From an uncultured delta proteobacterium (lineage in GTDB: Bacteria > Myxococcota_A > Polyangia > Polyangiales > Polyangiaceae): 64,000 bases of DNA. The position numbers and the translations under genes are program-made. The stretch is taken from contig CAWDXG010000004.1 in assembly GCA_963806225.1 (NCBI GenBank), positions 2,976,001-3,040,000 on the forward strand. The letters are read 5' to 3'. The notes under the pieces are model-generated. The model was not told the origin of the DNA. It saw only the letters and a program-made list of their open reading frames with translations, and made no database searches. This document shows positions 25,049 to 36,235 of this stretch, piece by piece (the stretch's first letter is position 1; each line of letters begins with the position of its first letter).

Positions 25049-26008
25049 TCAGTACGTGATGACGCGTATCCGCGGCCCCGCGCTCACCGTCACCTGGCGG
25101 GCGCGCAGCACGTCGCCATCGAGCACGTACGGGCCGCCCTCGCCGGGGAAGCGCACGGAGAACTCCCTCACCAGGTCGTCGAAAACGCCCTCGCCCCGCA
25201 ACGGGCGGCCCGTCAGCACGCGCGGCGCCTGCGGGCCGAGCTGGCGCGTGCCGAGCGGCGAGGCGACCAGGTGGGGCCGCTCCGGATCCTCGCCGGCGCG
25301 GTGGTTCACGTACATGTGCAGGCCGAGATCCTTGACCACCGACGACATGATCAGGCTGTAGCCGGCGGGCGCGAGATCGCGTCCCTCCACCGACACGGTG
25401 CACGGCAGCGGATCGAGCACGCTGCGCGAATACGCGTCGCCCACGACCGAGCCGACGAAGATGCGCGCCACGAGGCGCGCGGCGGTCGCGTAGCCGTCCC
25501 CACCCGCCGCGTAGTAGCGATCGAAGAAGCGCGCCACGAGCCCGGTTCCGAACATGAAGCCGATCCGGGTCCCTCCCCCCTGCTCGCTGACGCGCAGGGT
25601 CGGGTGCTCCACGGCCTCGGGCAGGGCTTCACCTGCAACGGCGCGCCGGACGGTCGAGAGGAGATCGCTCCGGTGTCCGAAGTTCCGCGCGACGGTCGCC
25701 ACCGTGCCGGCCGGTGCCAGGATCAGGGTCGGCAGCTCGCGTCCGGCAAAGGCCTGCTCGAGCGCGGTGACCCCGGACATGAAGGTGCCGTCGCCGCCGC
25801 ACAGCACGACCCGCTCCGCGCCCGCCTCCGCGATCCGCGCCATGGTCTCGGCCAGCTCGTCCACGCGGCGGGTCACCCAGAGGCGCGCGCGGCCGGAAGC
25901 CAGCGTCTCCATGCGCCCGAGGAGCCGGGAGCCACCCCGGCTGAGCCGGTGGGCGTTGGCATTGAGGATCAAGTGGGTCGCGTTGACCTCGCGATCACGT
26001 GCTATCAC
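25049..26008 (-). CDS. Diacylglycerol/lipid kinase family protein (DAGK_cat)
   Basis: LILNANA, GGDGTF, APAGTVATVARN, C-terminal YVLDGD; start codon uncertain (GTG 26008). Confidence 0.82.
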   Translation of the reverse strand: MIARDREVNATHLILNANAHRLSRGGSRLLGRMETLASGRARLWVTRRVDELAETMARIAEAGAERVVLCGGDGTFMSGVTALEQAFAGRELPTLILAPAGTVATVARNFGHRSDLLSTVRRAVAGEALPEAVEHPTLRVSEQGGGTRIGFMFGTGLVARFFDRYYAAGGDGYATAARLVARIFVGSVVGDAYSRSVLDPLPCTVSVEGRDLAPAGYSLIMSSVVKDLGLHMYVNHRAGEDPERPHLVASPLGTRQLGPQAPRVLTGRPLRGEGVFDDLVREFSVRFPGEGGPYVLDGDVLRARQVTVSAGPRIRVITY

Positions 26009-26016
26009 CGGGTGCG

Positions 26017-27301
26017 ATGTCTCGATGGCTCGTCGTAGCACTGGCAGCGGCCACCACTGTAGCGTGCGGCACGGCAGGAGTCGTGCAGACCGCCCTACAC
26101 GGCGACCTCGCGCAGCTCAAGCGCAAGATCAGCGAGGGTCAGCAGAAGGGGGCCCTGGACCGCTCCACGACGCTCCAGCTGGCTGCCGCGGTGGCCGGGC
26201 GCGAGCTCCGTTCCTCGAAGGGTCCGGCCGCCGCAGCCCGGGTGGACGCGCTCCGGGCGTGCGCCGGCTCGCTGGAGTCGGTGCTGCGCGACCGCGCTTC
26301 CCTCCCCGACGACGTCGGTGCCCAGGCCACCCTGATGCTTCTCGAGCTCGGAAAGCTGCGATCGCCCCGATCTCGTGGCCCGCTACTCGGAGGCTTCGAA
26401 CGGCGCGTGGCGCGCCGTGGCGGCTCGGGCGGCGACGGGCCCACGCGACGGCCGCCTGCGGCGTCGATTCATCGGTGACGGCGATCAACGCGTGCGCAAG
26501 GCGGCCCTTTTCGCCTCCCTGGAAACCAAGGACGCCGCGGATCTCGACCCCCTGCTGGAAGCTGCCCGGCTGGATCCCGATCCGCTGCTCCGCAGCCTGG
26601 CCGTGCGCGCCGTGGGAGCCATCGGGGGCCAGCGCGCGGTGCTGGCACTGAAGGATCTCTGGGCACAAAGCGACGGCACCACCCGCGAGACGATCGTGGA
26701 CGCCTGGGCCATGCCCGCGCTGTACCGGGCGGGGGGAGCCCGCGAGCTCAGGACCGTCGCAGAGAGCGGCGGCTCGCTTGCGGCCATCGCCGCCGCGGTC
26801 CAGCTATCCCGCAAGTCCGGCGAGGACGCCGCGCTGGGGGCGACGTTCCTGGCGCGGGCCATCAAGCAGGGCACGCAGACGGAGCGGCGTGTGGCGATCC
26901 AGCTCGCGCCCGTGACCGACCCGGACGTACAGAAGGCCCTGTCGGAAGCGACCCGGGACGCCGATCCGGACGTGAAGGTGATGGCACTGGCCCGCTCCCT
27001 GGGCGTGCCGGCGGCGCAGGCCGACGCGAAGCGACAGCTGGAGAAGCTCGCGAAAGGCAAGGACCGCGTGGCGGTGCAGGCCCGCGCCGCCCTGGCCGCG
27101 GCACACGACGGCAGCATTTCGGGCGAGCTCCTGCACCAACTTGCCTCCCGGAGCCCCGAGGAGCGACGCCTGGCCGCCCTCGCCCTGATCCGCCTCGGCA
27201 ACTACTCCCGGGCGGCCACGGCGCTGGCCGACGACGATCCGGACGTGCGCGCGTCCACCGCCTGCTCGATGATTGCAGAGGCCCACCGCCGGGAACATTG
27301 A
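26017..27301 (+). CDS. HEAT-repeat lipoprotein (frameshift near 26360)
   Basis: Lipobox TVAC; repeats DGDQRVRKAA, DPDPLLRSLA, DADPDVKVMA, DDDPDVRASTA. Confidence 0.75.
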
Positions 27302-27334
27302 ATTCTACGGCCGACGCCTGTATGCCCGCGCACC

Positions 27335-28261
27335 ATGAGCTTTCTGCGAGGGACGGCGGCGGCGGCACTTCTCCTGGCGCTGACCGTGGGGTCGACAGGC
27401 TGTATCAAGAAGATGCTGCTCGACGGTCAGATCAAGGGGACCCGCCAGGGCTCCGGGGCCGTGAACACGCTGCAGGACTACGAGGTGGCCAACGCGATCG
27501 CCTTCGCGGGCCTGGGGCAGATGGAGGGCATGCACAAGCTGGCGCCGGACAACACCGACGCCCTGTTCATGTTGACGAAGTCGTGGAGCGGCGCCTCGTT
27601 CGCCTTCATCGAGGACAAGTACGAGCAGGCCTACGAGAAGGGCGACGACGTGATGGCCGAGTACGAGCTGATGCGCGCGCGGGCCGCGTATCAGCGGGCC
27701 ATCTTCTACGGCGTCGAGCTGCTCTCGCACCACGCCGAGGGCTTCAAGCAGGCCAAGCGCAACCAGGCCACCATGCACAAGTGGCTGGCCGACAACTTCA
27801 CCGACAAGGACCAGGCGGAGGATCTGCTCTGGACCGGCTACGCCTGGGTGGCGCGCGTCGGCGTGTCCAAGGACTTGCCCGCGGTCGTCGGGGAGCTCTA
27901 CGTGGGCATCGAGATGGTCAAGCGCTCCGTCGCGCTCGACGAGACGCTCGACCACGCGATGGGCCACACGATCCTCGGCGCCTACTACTCGAGCTTCAAG
28001 GAGTTCGACAAGAGCAAGGCCGAGTTCGACCGCGCCCTGCAGCTCACCGGCGGCAAGTCCCTGACCGTCCAGCTCAACTACGCCGTCCGCTACTACTGCG
28101 CGAAGAGCGACAAGGCGAACTACATGAAGATGCTCAACGCAGTGCTGGCGGCAGGCGACCCCCTGCCGGAAGCCCGCCTGCAGAACGTGATCGCCAAGCG
28201 CCGGGCCCGCCGCTACCTGGGCAACAAGATCTGGCAGGAAGAGTGTGGTTTCGCGCAGTAG
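27335..28261 (+). CDS. tatT: TRAP transporter TatT-like (TPR) lipoprotein
   Basis: Lipobox STGC, helical TPR-like pattern (KAEFDRALQL), C-terminal NVIAKRRARRYL, immediately upstream of dctPQM. Confidence 0.8.
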   Translation: MSFLRGTAAAALLLALTVGSTGCIKKMLLDGQIKGTRQGSGAVNTLQDYEVANAIAFAGLGQMEGMHKLAPDNTDALFMLTKSWSGASFAFIEDKYEQAYEKGDDVMAEYELMRARAAYQRAIFYGVELLSHHAEGFKQAKRNQATMHKWLADNFTDKDQAEDLLWTGYAWVARVGVSKDLPAVVGELYVGIEMVKRSVALDETLDHAMGHTILGAYYSSFKEFDKSKAEFDRALQLTGGKSLTVQLNYAVRYYCAKSDKANYMKMLNAVLAAGDPLPEARLQNVIAKRRARRYLGNKIWQEECGFAQ

Positions 28262-28424
28262 GCTGGCCCCGGCCCGGCGTCCCTGCACAGACTTTCAGTC
28301 GTTCGCGTTGTGGCCGGTCATTTTTTTTCCGCTACTGATTGATCGGATTCGGGGCGAGCCCCGTCTCACTCAAGCTGAACGGCCCTCCCGGCCGTACCAC
28401 GGACTAGCTAGGAGGTTGTCGGAC

Positions 28425-29408
28425 ATGATCCGAAGGGTTACTGCCGCGATGTTTGTCGCGGTCTTCGTCGTCCTGGGCACTGCAACCGCAGCCCAGGCCA
28501 AGACGACTCTCAAGATGGCGACGTTGGCACCACCCCGCAGCCCGTGGGGCAACGTCTTCAGGACCTGGGCCAAGGCGGTCGACAAGAAGACCAAAGGCGA
28601 GGTCGACGTGGTGTGGCTGTGGAACGGCACCGCCGGCCCCGAAAAGGCCGTCGTCGGCAAGATCCGCTCCGGCCAGATCGGCGGCGCGGCCATCACCGGC
28701 GTGGGCCTGTCGGCGATCGACAAGGGCATCATCGGCCTGCAGATGCCCGGCGCGTTCGATAGCTGGTCGCAGCTGGACAAGGCACGCAACAAGCTGAAGC
28801 CTGCCTTCGAGAAGGAGATCGCAGCCAAGGGCTTCTATCTCGGTGGCTTCGGCGACGTGGGCATCGGTCGCGTGATGTCGAAGGGCTTCACCGTGAAGGT
28901 GCCGACGGATCTCCGCGGCAAGCATCCCGGCGACATCGCCGACGACATCATCGGTCCCAAGGTCTACGCGGTCATCGGCGGCGTGACACCGGTCCCCTCC
29001 AGCGTGGTCGGCTTCCTGCCGAAGCTGAACAGCGGCGCGATCGACGTGATGAACACGCCGTCGCTCGCCGCCGAGCAGCTGCAGTGGGCCTCGCGGCTGG
29101 ACCACATCAACACCGGCACGACCTACTTCAGCATCGGCGCGGTGGTGCTGAGCGAGAAGCAGCTCAGCAAGATGCCCGCGGATCAGCGCAAGGTCGTGAC
29201 CGAGACCGGCCACCTGGCGGCCAAGGCGCTGACGGCTCGTATCCGCAGCGCGGACGACGCGGCTTTCGCCCGGCTCAAGAAGAAGATGTCCGTCCACAAT
29301 CCCACGGCGGCCGAGACCGCTGCGTGGAAGAAGGTGTTCAAGAAGGCCTGCCAGCGCCTGAAGAGCGCCATCCCGGGCGGCGTGCTCACCAAGATCGGAG
29401 CCTGCTGA
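28425..29408 (+). CDS. dctP: TRAP substrate-binding protein DctP (TatP type)
   Basis: Signal peptide; LKMATLAPPRSPW, GTAGPE..KIRSGQI, GVGLSAID. Confidence 0.88.
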   Translation: MIRRVTAAMFVAVFVVLGTATAAQAKTTLKMATLAPPRSPWGNVFRTWAKAVDKKTKGEVDVVWLWNGTAGPEKAVVGKIRSGQIGGAAITGVGLSAIDKGIIGLQMPGAFDSWSQLDKARNKLKPAFEKEIAAKGFYLGGFGDVGIGRVMSKGFTVKVPTDLRGKHPGDIADDIIGPKVYAVIGGVTPVPSSVVGFLPKLNSGAIDVMNTPSLAAEQLQWASRLDHINTGTTYFSIGAVVLSEKQLSKMPADQRKVVTETGHLAAKALTARIRSADDAAFARLKKKMSVHNPTAAETAAWKKVFKKACQRLKSAIPGGVLTKIGAC

Positions 29409-29440
29409 GAGGGCTCGCGGGGCCACCAGCCCCGCACGAC

Positions 29441-29487
29441 AAGGCGTGACGGGCCGGTCCTTCATGGGGCCGGCCCGACGCTTTTTG
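29441..29487 (+). terminator. Intrinsic terminator/stabilising hairpin after dctP
   Basis: GGGCCGGTCCT-TCAT-GGGGCCGGCCC stem followed by GACGCTTTTT. Confidence 0.7.
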
Positions 29488-29551
29488 TGCTCCGGGCAAA
29501 AGAGGCGCGTGACGGACACCCCCGATCCAGAATAACGTCCCCCTTTCGAGA

Positions 29552-30919
29552 ATGGCCGACGAGCACAAGCCCGACGACCCCGAGGAGGACGGGACCGGAA
29601 GCCCGGACGCGGATCAATCCTCGAAGGACCCCGAATCTGGGCAAGGGGGACCCGGCGACGCGGACAAGCCCGACGAGTCCGACGCCGACAAGCCCGACGA
29701 GTCCGCGGACGAGTCCGACGAAGGCGAGTCGCCTGCAGCGGCGAACGCCGCCGACGAGCCTGCGGACGAGGAGCCGGAGCACGAGCACGGCGATCTCGGC
29801 GAGCCTCCCGGTTCGCATCACGCTCCGCCGCGCAAGGCCGCAGCGTGGGGCAGGCCGCTAGCGCGGCTGGACGGAGCGTGGACGCGCTTCGAGGCGCGGC
29901 TGTGCGCCCTGGTGCTGCTGGCGGAGGTGATCTCGCTATCGCTGTGGGTCGCGCTCAAGGGCATGGCGTCGCCGCCCGACAGCGGCAACCTGGCCGGCGT
30001 CGTGTTCCGGGGCCTGGCCGGCGCGCTCATACTCGGAAGCCTCGGCTACCTGCTCCCGAAGAAGCTCGGGATGACCGCGCGGCGCGTCGGTGCGTCGGTG
30101 GGCTTCATCGCCGGATTCGTTCTGGCCAAGACCTGGTCGCGGGTCGGGGTCGACTACTCCGCGAACCTCCTCAACTGGTACCAGCAGGCCTCGGCGCTGA
30201 CGCTGCTCGGCGGCCTCGGCCTGCGCGACCTGGGCAAGCGTCTGACCCTGCTGCTCGCACTGCTCGGCGGCTCGCTCGCCACCGCGGCCGGCAAGCACAT
30301 CACCATCGACCTCATCACGCGCTTCCTCAAGCCGAAGGCGCGGCTGCCCGTGGTCGTGGTCGGCTGGGTCGGCTCGTCGCTCATCTGCTTCTCGGCGGCG
30401 TGGGGCTTCTTCGATCACATCGCGATCGGGGACTTCAGCGCGCCCGCCGAAGCGACCGCCAGCCAGAAGTTCGCCGACGTGGGCAAGGGCCTCGGCGAGG
30501 ACTGGTTCATCCTGCGCAAGCAGGTCGACCTGGACTTCAAGACCTTCCCGCACGTCATCAAGGGGCAGAGCTACTCGGACTGGCTGACCGGCAAGGAGTG
30601 GAACGCCTGGCTGGACAGCCACGGCTTCGCCGAGCGGTACGGCGCGGACAAGGTCAAGGACCTCAGACTGCCGGACGACGCCAAGCGCTCACCCATCGTG
30701 GTCGTGCCCGAGATGGGCGAACCACGCGGCGAGCTGGTCGCCGCGGCCAACCTGGTCTTCCCGTTCGGGCTGTTCGTGATCGCCATACGCTTCATCCTGC
30801 TCTCGCTTTTGGCGATCAGCGGGCACATGGTCGTCGACCCTGAAGCGGGGATGGAAGGCACGGACATCAGACGGGACCCACCCGATGACGCTGAACCTGC
30901 CGGGGGGGAAGCGTCGTGA
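29552..30919 (+). CDS. dctQ: TRAP small permease DctQ, enlarged
   Basis: LGGSLATAAGKHITIDLITRFL motif; multiple TM helices; acidic N-terminus; between dctP and dctM. Confidence 0.8.
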   Translation: MADEHKPDDPEEDGTGSPDADQSSKDPESGQGGPGDADKPDESDADKPDESADESDEGESPAAANAADEPADEEPEHEHGDLGEPPGSHHAPPRKAAAWGRPLARLDGAWTRFEARLCALVLLAEVISLSLWVALKGMASPPDSGNLAGVVFRGLAGALILGSLGYLLPKKLGMTARRVGASVGFIAGFVLAKTWSRVGVDYSANLLNWYQQASALTLLGGLGLRDLGKRLTLLLALLGGSLATAAGKHITIDLITRFLKPKARLPVVVVGWVGSSLICFSAAWGFFDHIAIGDFSAPAEATASQKFADVGKGLGEDWFILRKQVDLDFKTFPHVIKGQSYSDWLTGKEWNAWLDSHGFAERYGADKVKDLRLPDDAKRSPIVVVPEMGEPRGELVAAANLVFPFGLFVIAIRFILLSLLAISGHMVVDPEAGMEGTDIRRDPPDDAEPAGGEAS

Positions 30920-32601
30920 TCATCTTCCTCTTCGTCATCATCTTCGCTCTGATCGGCGCGCCCGTGTTCGCCGTCATGGCGGGCACAACCCAGCTCGCCT
31001 GGCTCCTGCACACGAACGAGGCGATGCACCATGTGCGTTTCCTCGCGCCCGACGTGCTCAACGACCGCTTCGCGGGGTCGCCCATCCTGGTGACGGTGCC
31101 GCTGTTCACGTTCATGGGCTACGTGATGGCGGAGTCGAAGACGCCAGAGCGCATCGTCCGCGCTTCGAACGCGTTCTTCGGCTGGTTGCCGGGCGGCCTG
31201 GCAATCGTCTGCATCTTTGCCAGCGCCTTCTTCACCACGCTCACCGGCGGCAGCGCTGTCACCATCGTGGCAATCGGCGCGCTCTTGTATCCGGCGCTCC
31301 GGCAGAAGGGCTACCCCGACGACTATGCCCTGGGTCTGGTGATGACCGGCGGCTCTCTGGGGCTCCTGCTACCGCCCTCGCTGCCGATCCTCGTCTACTC
31401 GCTGGTCGCGGGCATCGACTTCACCAAGGCCTTCAAGGCCGGCGTACTGCCGGGCCTGATGGTGATCGCGATCCTCAGCGCGCACGCCATCTACATCGGC
31501 ATCAAGACGAAGATCCCGCGCACGACGCCGCATCTGCCGGAGATGGGCTCAGCGCTGTGGATGATGAAGTGGGAGCTCGGGATCCCGGTGCTGATCCTGG
31601 GCGGCCTCGCCACCGGCCTCACCGAGCTGGACGAGAGCGCCGCGCTCGCCGCGCTCTACGTGCTGATCATCGAGACCTTCATCTACAAGGACATCAAGGT
31701 GAAGGAGTTCCCGCGCATCGCGAAGAACTCCATGGCCCTGGCCGGTGCCGTGCTCCTGATCATGGCGATGGCCATGGCGCTGACGAACTACATCATCAGC
31801 GAGCAGATCCCCACCAAGCTGTTCGAGTTCGTCACCAGCATGGGCGTGACGAAGACGTGGCACTTCCTCCTCGTCTTGAACGTGTTCCTGTACATCCAGG
31901 GCATGGTGATGGACGGCTTCAGCGCCATCCTGGTCGCCGTACCGCTGCTGATCCCGTTCGCGGCAGAGTTCGGGCTCTCGCCGTTCCACCTGGCGATGAT
32001 GTTCCTCTTGAACCTGGAGATCGCCTACCTGAGCCCGCCGCTCGGCCAGAACCTGTTCGTCACGAGCTTCCGTTTCAACCGCCCGATGATCAGCCTGTAC
32101 CGCATCGCGATACCGTTCATAGGCATGTTACTCGTGGGGCTCGTCATCATCATGACGGTCCCCAAGCTGTCGACGGTGGCGGTAGAGGGCGACATCGCCA
32201 GGGCCAAGGCGAAGGCCGCCAAGTACCACGAACCCCCGCGCGAGGCCTTCCTGCTCGAATGCGTGCAGGAGGATCGCAATAACCCCCTCCCGTGCACGCC
32301 GGAAGAGAAGAAGATGTGGGGCAAGGGCGCGACGCCAACCGCCGCGCCGACGGCCGCGCCGAGCGGTGCAGGCGGCGCCGCGGGAGAAGGCTCCTCCGAC
32401 CAGGACCTGATGAACCAGATGATGGGCGAGGGCGGCGCGGGAGGCGCTCCTGGTCCCGGCGACGGCACCGACCAGGACCTGATGAACCAGATGATGGGCA
32501 CAGGCGGCGCGAGCGGGGACGCCGGCGCGAAGAAGCCGGAGAAGAAGACCAACCCCGACGGCACCGACGACGACCTGCTGCAGCAGATGATGAACCAGTA
32601 G
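30916..32601 (+). CDS. dctM: TRAP large permease DctM with a C-terminal tail
   Basis: VPLFTFMG, FTTLTGGSAVTI, GSLGLLLPPSLP, NLEIAYLSPPLGQNLF. Confidence 0.92.
   Translation: MIIFLFVIIFALIGAPVFAVMAGTTQLAWLLHTNEAMHHVRFLAPDVLNDRFAGSPILVTVPLFTFMGYVMAESKTPERIVRASNAFFGWLPGGLAIVCIFASAFFTTLTGGSAVTIVAIGALLYPALRQKGYPDDYALGLVMTGGSLGLLLPPSLPILVYSLVAGIDFTKAFKAGVLPGLMVIAILSAHAIYIGIKTKIPRTTPHLPEMGSALWMMKWELGIPVLILGGLATGLTELDESAALAALYVLIIETFIYKDIKVKEFPRIAKNSMALAGAVLLIMAMAMALTNYIISEQIPTKLFEFVTSMGVTKTWHFLLVLNVFLYIQGMVMDGFSAILVAVPLLIPFAAEFGLSPFHLAMMFLLNLEIAYLSPPLGQNLFVTSFRFNRPMISLYRIAIPFIGMLLVGLVIIMTVPKLSTVAVEGDIARAKAKAAKYHEPPREAFLLECVQEDRNNPLPCTPEEKKMWGKGATPTAAPTAAPSGAGGAAGEGSSDQDLMNQMMGEGGAGGAPGPGDGTDQDLMNQMMGTGGASGDAGAKKPEKKTNPDGTDDDLLQQMMNQ
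32396..32499 (+). repeat. 32-bp exact direct repeat encoding DQDLMNQMMG
   Basis: 32396-32427 is identical to 32468-32499. Confidence 0.9.
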
Positions 32602-32749
32602 GCAGGTCGTGGAGACTACGCCGCGACCGGCGTGGCCGGCAGGCGCCGCGCGACAGCGCGCGATCCCCTGAACCGGATCAGCAAGCATATCCCCAGCAGT
32701 ATCAAGGCCGCCTTCTCCTCCGCCTGGTGCCGCTCGAGCCTGGTTCTGC

Positions 32750-35506
<2,757 letters not shown>

Positions 35507-35673
35507 GAGGGCATGGTGCCAATGTAGGATAGTGTGGTCAAAGAAACTGCGTCCGCCCGCGCTGGAATGCCCCCACCGCGGCGTGGGTTGTGATGCAGCC
35601 CCACAGGGCTAGACTCCCCCGACCGTCGATGTCGTCGACTCCCGAGAACCAGCACAGGGTGAGACAAAGCGCC

Positions 35674-36054
35674 GTGCGCGCACGGCTCGTTTCGCTGCTG
35701 TGTGCGCTGGCCGCCTTGCTGGCGTCGCCGCTGGCCCGGGCTGCCGCACCCATGTGCGCCGACGACGCGACCAGCGTCGCCGCACCGCCGATCGTGATGC
35801 CCACCGACAACGGCACGCTCAGCGCATCGCCCCCCTGCAACGACAGGGGCGCGCCCGACCTGACGCTGGACAAGGCCCCGCCACCGGCGCACGGCTCCGG
35901 TCCCCTCGGTGCCGAGTCACCGCTCCGCGGATTACCCACCGGGGTCGTGTGGCCAACCCCTCAGCGCTCCGCACCGCTTCCGGTCGCGAAGCGGCGCCTG
36001 CTGCCGGCCTGTTCCGGCTTCCGGACCTCGGTGTACCGTCCGCCCCGCGCCTAG
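35674..36054 (+). CDS. Small secreted Pro/Cys-rich protein ending ..YRPPRA; candidate leader/arrest peptide
   Basis: Sec-type signal RARLVSLLCALAALLASPLARA; start uncertain (35590-35674). Confidence 0.65.
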   Translation: MRARLVSLLCALAALLASPLARAAAPMCADDATSVAAPPIVMPTDNGTLSASPPCNDRGAPDLTLDKAPPPAHGSGPLGAESPLRGLPTGVVWPTPQRSAPLPVAKRRLLPACSGFRTSVYRPPRA

Positions 36055-36235
36055 CGCAGGGGGGCAAGTCGACACCGAGGTCGCCGCTACGCCGGTCCCG
36101 TGCTAGCGCGGCGCGGCGCCTCTTGACCGAGGACACTCGTACGTCCGGCGGGCCCTGTGCGCGGGACCCAGCGCGCGCCCGGGCGCCAAAGTTCCATAGC
36201 GGCTACTAGCCAGCCAACACTCTCAGGAGAACGAA

